DNA of 64,000 bases from contig OZ024740.1 in NCBI GenBank assembly GCA_964016885.1, positions 309,256,001 through 309,320,000 of the forward strand, written 5' to 3'. The position numbers and the translations under genes were made by a program. The DNA comes from Eledone cirrhosa. Its lineage: Eukaryota. This document shows, piece after piece, positions 24,841-34,319 of this stretch. Numbering within the stretch: the first letter of the stretch is position 1; every line of letters starts with the position of its first letter. Under the pieces are notes generated by a model. That model was not told the origin of the DNA, searched no databases, and saw only the letters and a list, made by a program, of their open reading frames with translations.

Positions 24841-25493
24841 TCGTTTTCCGTAAGCAAGCCAAAAACCTTCTGAGATTCATTCTGGATCTCGGCAACAGTG
24901 TTGAAATGGTGGCCTTTCAGCTGTATTTTCAGCTTGGAGAAGAGATGGAGGTCTGCAGGTGCTAAATATGGTGAATAGGGCAGTTGCGGAAGCAATACAA
25001 TGTTGTTCTGCTCAGTGGTCAGCAGGTGGTGGACAAACTTGACAGCAACACGCTGCATGTTCAATCCAAACATTATGATTGCCTCCACTAACCCATATGA
25101 CAGACCAACAACATCAGCAATATCGTTGATTGTCCTCTGACGATCCTCATGCACAAACTGATTTTCTCCACATTTCCGGAGTTGACACTCTTGGCAGGTC
25201 TTCCAGATTGCTCATCTTCCAGGAATATTCTTCCACTTTTGCAGCACCTGTTCTCAAATTGAACGCAAAATTTCACATTGGCTCTTTGTGCCGACTTCCT
25301 GTTCATGACAAAATTGCAGTGTACAGCATACACGTGATCACAAAAACACAAATTTCACAACTTGCAAAGTGAACATAACGATGTCACTTGGCACATGAAG
25401 GTCACTGCTAGCTCTCACTGCATGTGTAACTGTGTGTTGCCATCTGTTGGTGCACTACAAAACTAGCCTGGAAACTTGTTGATACCACCTCGT
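24841..25493 (-). mobile_element. Internally deleted mariner transposon remnant
   Basis: QRANVKFC, LEDEQSGRP, HEDRQRTINDIA and PYSPYLAPADLHLFSKLK (YSPDLAP motif); 5' TIR-like CGAGGTGGTATCAACAAGTTTCC at about 25468-25493. The catalytic middle is missing. Confidence 0.85.
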
Positions 25494-25569
25494 GTGTATA
25501 TGTATGTATATATATATATATAAATATATAAGAGAGTATTGAAGTTTGCTTGAAGCATTGTGGAATAAG

Positions 25570-25844
25570 ATATATTTTCTTTTGGTCGTTTTGGAAGCTT
25601 CAACAATGCAGATGGGTAATTCTCCGGGTAACAAGATCCGGTGGTGAAGAGAGAGATTAAATCTCTCCCAAGGTAACTCTATCTTGTGTTATTATTTTTT
25701 TACGCTCTTTCCTACGTTCCTCTACACACTATACATCTCATTCTACATTCACTTACGTCTCTCTCTTCACCACCGGATCTTGTTACCCGGAGAATTACCC
25801 ATCTGCATTGTTGAAGCTTCCAAAACGACCAAAAGAAAATATAT
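25570..25844. repeat. Perfect 87-bp inverted repeat (25570-25656 / 25758-25844) with a 101-bp spacer
   Basis: Checked base by base: the arms are exact reverse complements. Confidence 0.95.
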
Positions 25845-26080
25845 AAATATATGTATATTATATATATATATATATATATATAATATACATATAAAATTGG
25901 CAGTAGCACTAAAACAGGACTTGGGCATAATTGGGATATGGATGAAAGCATATACTATATGTTTATATACAATAAACATATTGGTTGACCCACTATCACA
26001 GAAAAATACTTTTTTATAAGGAAAAAAATATTTTTCTCTATTTTTCTATTAACACGTCACAGAGTGTCAGTAAGGTTGAA

Positions 26081-26130
26081 AATGCCAGACAGTGCTGTTT
26101 TAAGATTTGTTAATCTTTCATCAGGGATAT
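26081..26130 (-). ncRNA. Degenerate type-I hammerhead ribozyme-like motif
   Basis: The minus strand reads ATATCC-CTGATGA-AAGATT(AACA)AATCTT-AAAA-CAG(CA)CTG-TC-TGGCATT. G12 is A and stem I is imperfect. Confidence 0.45.
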
Positions 26131-27603
26131 CATTCAAATGGTGCTGACATGGAAATAGACTAGAGTCTATATAGATTTTGCGTGGTGCTCATTTGCTGGT
26201 GATGCTCATTTGCGCATATGTATATATATATATGTATACACACTCACACTTTGCATTAAAGCTAATGAAAATTGGTATTATTATGACATCAGTCTGATAT
26301 ATGATTCATATCTATAGTGTAGATACTCATGATGCTTATACTGATGATATTTGCTTTCATTTTACTATTAAATTTGTTTATTTTTGTTTTTGAATTAGTC
26401 TCTTAAACAAACAATATCATCAGTCAACTAATATTCACAAAGTTAATTGCTTCTTTCTTGAATAAATGTGTTCAGCGTTATGATGAATCATTTACTTCAC
26501 TCTTAAGTGTTGTCTAGAATATATTGCCTTCATTTCATTTCCATTTAACATCATGAGTTTATAGTGTTTAAACATCCTTCATCAAAGTTTTGTCTTGAAG
26601 AAATAGTTACTGGTTTGCCTTTCGTCTTTTCAATGTTGATAGAATAAAGTACCAGTCCAGTACTTGAGTCAATTCTCCCTCTATATTTCTTTCTTACTTC
26701 CTTTCTACCACACTCTCTCCTTTTCTGGAAGAAATCAGCTGTGTTTAACCCGAAGAGTGATGATCTCTACTCGGTCTAAGATGCCAAAGTAATGCTATAT
26801 CTCACTCTGGTGTCCCTATGACTCCATCGGGAGTTACAGGTCCATGTGTACAAACTTATTTACTTGTGACTTAAACAAACCATACTATTCTTTTTTTTTC
26901 TTTTTCACATTTTCTATTCTTATTTATTTGTTTTTTCCTGTCTCATTTAAGTTAGATGAAACTGCACATTTGAACATCTTAATATATAGAAGTGAATGTA
27001 TGTATGTTTCACATTGTAGGCCACAGTTTTGTGCCAAAGTATAAGAAATTTTCCATAAGAGCATGTGTTTTAAAGTGAAGATCAGAAGATAGACTAAAGA
27101 ACTTTTTCTAACATTTTTCTTTTTAGTTCTTGACAAAAGGCTAAGACTATTATATAATTCCAAGCACTACAATAGATATTTCAAAAATAATTATTGGATT
27201 AATTAAGTGATTTAATTAATACAGTATTTTGTGGGGGAAAAAATATAATAATAATAAATACCTAGTAACAAGCTTTTTTATTACCTTCATTTTACCATCC
27301 ATTTCACACTGTCTTAGCCTTCTTATATATATAATTTTCTACATTATATTCTATACACAATGTTTCAAGCAAACTTCAGCATTCTATTAAAAATAGGCAT
27401 GTTTTCCATGAGAATAATATTATTTTAGGTTACTCTTTTACTCTTTTACCTGTTCCAGCCATCCGGCTGAGGCCATGCTGGGGTTCTATATTTTTTAATG
27501 AATTTTTGTGAAGTTCAACTTGAAATGTCTTCTGGATAGCTTGGATGCAATAATTCTTAGTAAATCAACATTCCTGGATCAACTGTAGATTGTCAACATC
27601 TTT

Positions 27604-27831
27604 TTAACCCTTTAATGTTCAAACCGTCCAAAACCGACCAGAATTCTCTCCCTCTTTCTGTTGAAACTGGCTGTAACTGGCCACTAATACTGATGTTAAG
27701 GTATTGTTCTCAAAATAAATACTTTCAAAATCTCATAGATTCGATATTATGTGAGATAATTATGTGAGGTAAAGCCGTTACTGTGAAAATATAATAGTAT
27801 ATATAGAGTAATGTAATTGTTAAAGGGTTAA
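27604..27831 (+). mobile_element. TTAA-flanked piggyBac-like MITE, family B
   Basis: TTAA-CCCTTTAA...TTAAAGGG-TTAA. The body is shared with 53140-53368 (-), 57534-57753 (-) and 61266-62755 (+). Confidence 0.78.
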
Positions 27832-27883
27832 AGTAATTCATCCAAAATATAGTGAAGTCATGTGATTATGTTTATTTTAGGGG

Positions 27884-28405
27884 TTAACTCTTAACATCCT
27901 GTACCACATAAAACTGCACTAGTTAGACATTCTTGGAAAGTATAAAACAGCTCTATGACAGCATCTCATTAAAAATTGAAATCTGTATTTTAATTTATTG
28001 CTAATTTTCTCAATGATTTCTTCACTAGCAAATGTACTATACACATTTAGTATGAAACAGTGCTAGGACTGCAACACATTAAAAACTAGAGTCTTTATTT
28101 TAATACAGGAAATTTTCAAAGCAATCTATCCACTAGTAAAGATACTATAAATATTTGAATTAAACACACTTTTAGATATTTTCTGCTTAATTATTTGTTT
28201 CTACTTTAGGCACAAGGCCAGCAATTACCCAGTTCATTACTGGTACTTTATTTTATCGACCCCGTAAGGATGAAAGGCAAAGTCAACCTCGGCGGGATTT
28301 GAACTCAGATCGTAAAGGGACGTAACTATGCTGGAAAGCATGGCGTCCGACCCTCTACCGATACTGCCAATCCACCCTAAATTATTATAGGATGTTAAGA
28401 GTTAA
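27884..28405. mobile_element. TTAA-flanked MITE, family C, carrying a nested SINE
   Basis: TIRs TTAA-CTCTTAACATCCTGTA / TATAGGATGTTAAGAG-TTAA. Confidence 0.65.
28193..28377 (-). mobile_element. Young full-length Meta-like SINE
   Basis: Near-exact reverse complement of 32450-32633. Confidence 0.88.
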
Positions 28406-29139
28406 TAAACCCAACCAAGGCCAGTTATAGACATTACTTTGCATGCATTTAAAGTACACATGTCTTTGTGACTTGATAGCCTTACCATGGAACTCTTTTT
28501 TAACAAGGTAGATTACATTTGATACAGTGAGATAACTTACCCATACAAAATTCCTAATGTTTTAACTAACCAGTTAATGTATTTCTCGACATTACGTGAT
28601 TTGAATACTGGTATCAGGTCTCATTAAAAGAGATTTTATTTCTGAACTGTAATCAGATGATAACAAAATGTATTAGTGTTTAATGATATTCATAAAAGTG
28701 GTTTCAAATCAATGTGTCCTCTTTATAAAAAGAGTGTGAAAATAATAAAGCTATCATAACATATATTACAAACATACAGATGCACATATACACCAACACA
28801 CATATACACAAAAACACACATATACAAACATATACATTAATTTGTTAATGAGACAGGTTTTTATATATGTGGGTGATACTAAAACACCTCCTTGTTAATA
28901 ATGAATTCTTTTCTTTATTGCTATTTTACATTCATTTTTACAAGCTTGCATGGGTGGTATGTTATTCTTTATTGTTGGAGCATTTGTTCTTTCTATTGCC
29001 AACCACTCAGCCATAAAGTGGGAGTGATACCTGTTTTTTTATCTTTAAATAATTCAAAGATGCCACCTGTAAGAAAAACAAATGTTAAGTTAGTGTTAAA
29101 ATATTTAATGCATATAAATTAAAAAAACCTAACTAGGAA

Positions 29140-29620
29140 TACATACATTGCTGGCTGCCACCCATGCCATGCTGCTCTGAGTGAGATCATAAAGCATGGC
29201 CGAGATGTGCAGGCTTCCCATCCCAGCTTGAGCCAGCAGGTCTGGACTGAAGGGACAGCAAAAGGCCAGATGGCATGACAATCTTCACATTCTGTGGGGG
29301 TTAGCCCCTCATCTGGGATGCTATTGGCTGTGACACCTTCTCTAGTGGCAACGTGGTGTGTTCGGCTACCAGCCTAGGCTCTGCTGCCCACCAGGCCAAA
29401 GAGGGCAAACTATTCTAGTATTGACCACTTTCTGATAGGTTTGTTTTAGAGTATGTAGCAGTGGAGACTTCCACCGTTCTTTGCCCCTGGACCGCATCCC
29501 TACTCATTGCTACTGAAGCAGAGTTGGCTGCCCGCAGGTGCGAGCCCAGTGAGGTGGAGTGACTGTTCCAGCACATCGCCTTTGCTGTCCTGTAGAGCAA
29601 TGTATTCTCCATCCTGTCAG
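29140..29620 (+). mobile_element. CRE-clade non-LTR retrotransposon remnant (RLE domain)
   Basis: The stop-interrupted translation HAALSEIIK...DSKRPDGMTIF..PLIWDAIGCDTF...VAVETS...LFQHIAFAVL*SN resembles the CRE pattern DGKRPDG..LVWDATC.DT..VAVET..QRLS.AVQRGN. Confidence 0.7.
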
Positions 29621-29879
29621 CCAGGACACAGAGGTGGAGGGTAAGTTGGAAAGAGAGGAAAAGATTTGAATTTCTTCAAATACATCAGCCAACTACAAAG
29701 TCATGAAGTCAAATATTGGAGGTAGTAAAGGAATACATATACAGATATTATTTATATTTCTTGGGCAAGTAAAGGCATTAAAAGTTAAGACATGGGAAGA
29801 CTTTGGGGTAAAGCTTGCAATCCAATTTCAGTTCAGCAAATAAAGTGTTCTAGCAGACCATCCACCGACTTCGTAATAA

Positions 29880-30480
29880 GAAGTCCTCCTCCACACCTGC
29901 TATCAAGAACACATCTGGGGTTCTCCTCTCTTCAGAGAGGTGCAACCGTGAAGGGTAGAGAGAAGACTTTGCTGATCTTCTAAATCCAATCACAACACCA
30001 TCTTCTGATATATACAAGATGCATCTGGGAGCAGTTAAATAGCTCAAATGTGGTAAGGCCACTGAGGAAAATGAAATCCGGCCTGAGATATTAAAAGCAT
30101 TAAAAAGAGAAGGTATTGTCTGGTTGACTTGTGTATGCTGGGTGGCCTGGATCTCTGGAAAGGCATCTACGCAATAGCAATCGAGAGTGATAATCCCAAT
30201 TTTCAAAAAGGGAGACAAGAGAGATTGTTCCTTGTTAAGCCTCTCCAGTAAGGTCTATGCTAAGTGTCTGGCAAAGAAATGCAAGGAGATTGTTGAGTCC
30301 AAACTAGCTGATGAACATTGCAAGATGGTTGGATAACATCCATTATCTTGGCTGGTCTTGCTTGGGGATCCAGCCAGTTCAGTTGGAGATGGTTGCTTCT
30401 GACAAGACTCACTGGAAGGAGTGTTTTTTAAGGACTCTGTTCCCACAACCCTCTCAGGAATAAGTAGGATCAGAAGAAGA
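29880..30480 (+). mobile_element. Internally deleted RTE-type LINE (RT start fused to the 3' end)
   Basis: LKCGKATEENEIRPEILKAL..VIIPIFKKGDKRDC..VESKLADEHC joined directly to RWLDNIH and the (AAG)n tail. Confidence 0.72.
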
Positions 30481-31692
30481 ATGAAGGGAAAGTATAAAAA
30501 GAACTCTAGGCATTTTTTCAGTCTTATTCTGAATTCATCAACAAACATAGCTTTCATCATATCTATCACTGTAATGACAGTGAGTGTTAGACATATGCAA
30601 GCTGGAAGTATATATTTGACCATATTTGCCTTTTCTTTTATTATTTTATTGGTTTCCATCAGTAGACTGTGACCACACTAGGCCACAGGATTGATTTAGT
30701 CAATTGTATCAGCCCCCCCTTTTTTTTTTCATGTCTGATACATATTTTATCGATCCCCTTTTTTTTTAACCACTAAGTTACAAGACATAAACTCGCACAC
30801 AGACACTCATACATATATATATTTACACACACACAACAGGCTTCTGTAGTCCCCATTTACCAAATTCCACTCACTAGGTGCTACACAGCAGGACTGAGCC
30901 CAGAATCACATGTTTGTAATGTGAACTCCTTAATCACACAGCCATACCTTCACATATGAATTCTGTATTTACAGTTTGCATTTCATGTCAAATGCTTAAG
31001 TTTGTCATTGTTGTCAAGTTGACTCCATTTTATAACTCTTGCTCAAAAGATGCCTACATGGACTTTATCGTGCATTTTATCATCTTTGAAGCAAACCTAT
31101 TCATGATGTCATTGTAGTAGAGCCTATTTTGGGGAGGCATAAATAGTGAGGCAGGCAGCTAAAAACATGGATTAGTTTGATCAAATCAGATCAGGTAAAG
31201 TTGATTGTAGGATTATGATTTGTGTTTACTTGAGTTTATGAATAGTACAGGTTTGGTTTAGATTTGTTTACATTATAATTCAAGACCATAAAGTTAGGTA
31301 TGTCTTGAAAATATGAACTGGCAAAGTTGAGTGTAGGATCTTAACTCTGTGTTAGAAGTGTATGATCACTTGGCATGGTCCACTTTTATTCATTATGCTG
31401 TGTATTTACTGTGTGGAATCACCTTAACCTATCCCAAATAAATGCCAACACAATTACAAGTAAGTAATGTAGTGACAAAATTAACCCCTATTTATATATG
31501 TACAAGATTAAATTATTCATCTCCAAAGAATTCTATTTCTCTATTCAATCTTGTATGTTTTACTAAGCTATAAAGTAAATATAAGAAGTTATCTGTGATA
31601 AATTCTCCCGTTCAGATGGAGATTATCATAATCTTCACATGAAGAAACTGCAGCTTAGTACAACCCCTCTTATTATTTGTTTAGACTTTTTA

Positions 31693-32648
31693 AGGGACGT
31701 GGATTGGCAGTATTGGTAGAGTGTTGGACAACATGCTTCGTGACATAGAGTTATGTCCCTTTACGTTCTAAGATCAAATCTCAGCAAGGTTAGCTTTGCC
31801 TTTCATCCTTACGGGGGTTGATAAAATAAAGTACCAGTAACACACTGAGGTTGATTTAATCCCCCCCCCCCCGCCCGCAAAAAAAAATTGTTGGCCTTGT
31901 GCCTAAATCAGAAACCATTATTTGTTGCACTTTAGGGTGGCAGGGACCAGCAGATTCATTAAAGTGTTGGACTGGTACTTAGCAGTAGTTGTTCTGACTC
32001 TTTACTTTCTGAATTCAAATCCTGCTGGGGTGAACTTTGCCTTTCATCTTTCACCTAAAGTTTGTTTCAAGCCAGGAGGTTCATCAGGCCGGTACTAATC
32101 CTGATTTTGTGATATGAAGCTGAGAGTACATGACTTCCCCTGGACAGGATGCCAGCCCATTGCAGGGTTCAACCCCCAGTTATTGCTGGTACTCATTTTC
32201 AGCTGAGTATATTGGAACAACAGGAAATGAAGTGTTTTGCTCAAGAACACAACACACAGCCCAGCCCAGGAATCGAAACCATGACATGATCATAAACCCA
32301 ACACCCTTACCATCTGGCCAGATGCATCCTTCATGGGTTGATAAAATAAAGTACCAGTCATGTACTGGATTGATGTGATCAACTTTTCCTTGCCTCTCAA
32401 AATTGCTGGCCTTGTGCCTAAATTAGAAACCATTATTTCTTTACACTGCGGTGGATTGGCAGTATCGGTAGAGGGTCGGACGCCATGCTTTCCAGCATAG
32501 TTACGTCCCTTTATGATCTGAGTTCAAATCCCGCCGAAGTTGACTTTGCCTTTCATCCTTACGGGGTCGATAAAATAAAGTACCAGTAATGCACTGGATA
32601 ATTGCTAGCCTTGTGCCTAAAGTAGAAACAATTATTTCTTTACACTGC
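31693..32648 (+). mobile_element. Head-to-tail array of three Meta-like SINEs; the middle copy is interrupted by a reverse-oriented SINE (32053-32330)
   Basis: Three heads (about 31699, 31936, 32450) with A/B boxes and tails. The last copy is flanked by an 18-bp duplication ATTATTTCTTTACACTGC (32432-32449, 32631-32648). Confidence 0.85.
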
Positions 32649-33613
32649 AATATATGTTAGTCTAGGAAGGAAATACTTTTAATTACCTGAACTTAATACC
32701 TATAAAAAAGCAAGGAGAAAAACAGCAAAAATAATTTCTTATAAATGGTAGATTCTTATTGCTTTTAAGATAATAATATACTAGAAATTAAATAAAAATG
32801 GTCTGTTATTTTTTCTTTTCTTTAACACCAAACACTACTAATATATGAAATCTTATTGAAACGATCAAAGAATGATGCTAATATTATGAGGAATGATAGG
32901 ATTTATTAATTTCACAATTCAATTGTTTGAAATGTATGAAAGAGAATGATTAGCTTATATGATAAACTAATCCACTCTTATTGTTGAACTGTCTATTATC
33001 TGATTTAGGAAGTCAATCTGTTCTCACCTTGCCAGCTTCACATTTATTAGCAAGAAGCATTTCAAGTATATGACTGACTGCCTTAGGAAGATTAATACAT
33101 ATGGTTTCTAAAAATTGTTCATAGCATTGATAAGGGCGTTTTAGCCCCCAAATATTGAAATATAACGTAAAACTGTAAAAATGTTTTTTGCTTTACTTTG
33201 CTTCTTTTTTCATTCATTTATTTTCAACATGTATTATACTGATTCGTAAAATAATTTTAGCCACCACCACCGCTACCACCATTATCATCATCATCGTTTT
33301 TACATCCACTTTTCCATGCTGGCATGGGCTGAATGAGATGTTTTTTTGTGAAAGAATATAAGAAGACAATGAAAACCCAGCTGATTAACGTTTGCAGTGA
33401 GATAGATACTTGTCTGTCCCCCTTTTTTTATGTTTAGAAGGACAGATATATATAATGTTTTCACACTTGAATTATTATCTTAGTAATTTTCCTATGTGCT
33501 TCAAACTAGATATGTTTATCTTGGCATGAAGTTGGATAAGATAAGGATATTAATACCACCACCGACACCACCACCACCACAACCACCACCACCACCACCA
33601 ATAATAATAATAA

Positions 33614-33900
33614 CCCAAATGTGGATGATGAAGACAGAAACAATACTTATAATAATAGGTGCTCTGGGAATGATAAAAAAAAAGCAGACATAATCAAAAT
33701 TCCAGGACTTACAAATATATACAACATACAAAAAAAAGCATTATTAGGCACTGCACACATATTACAAAGAGTACTCTCAATACAATAGAGACAACACCAC
33801 CAAAAACCACACTGTGCATATCTAAGGTAACACAGAGCTGCGCTCAGTAATGCAGTGATAATACGTAAAATAATAATGATAATGATGATAATAATAATAA
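33614..33900 (+). mobile_element. Severely 5'-truncated Dong/R4-type LINE 3' end inside a (TAA)n tract
   Basis: MWMMKTETILIIIGALGMI...KALLGTAHILQRVL resembles the R4/Dong C-terminus; (TAA)n on both sides. Confidence 0.65.
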
Positions 33901-34319
33901 TGTCTTTTATTAGTCATAAATCTTCATAATACTAATAAAAAGCAATTTTGAGAATACTGAGACTCATTGTTATATGATTAACAGTACATAGAAGATTTTG
34001 TTGTGATATCATCATCGTTTTTAGTCAATAAAATTCCAAGCATTACTAACAATATGGTTATATCTATTGTTACCTATTTTAAACTATTCTTGAGGATAAG
34101 AAAAGGAGAAACCTCATGTGAGTCTGAGATTGTACAGTGAAATAAAAAGAAATTACCATTGTAGGTTTCTGCTATAAAACTTGACTTTTGCTGTTGAATT
34201 ATAAAACATTTGTTTACTCTATTGAGAATATAAAAAATAAACTGCTATACAAAGAGACACTTTATCTTGGAAGGATTTTATCAATGGATCCTTGATCTAC
34301 ACTCATCATAGTGGAAACT

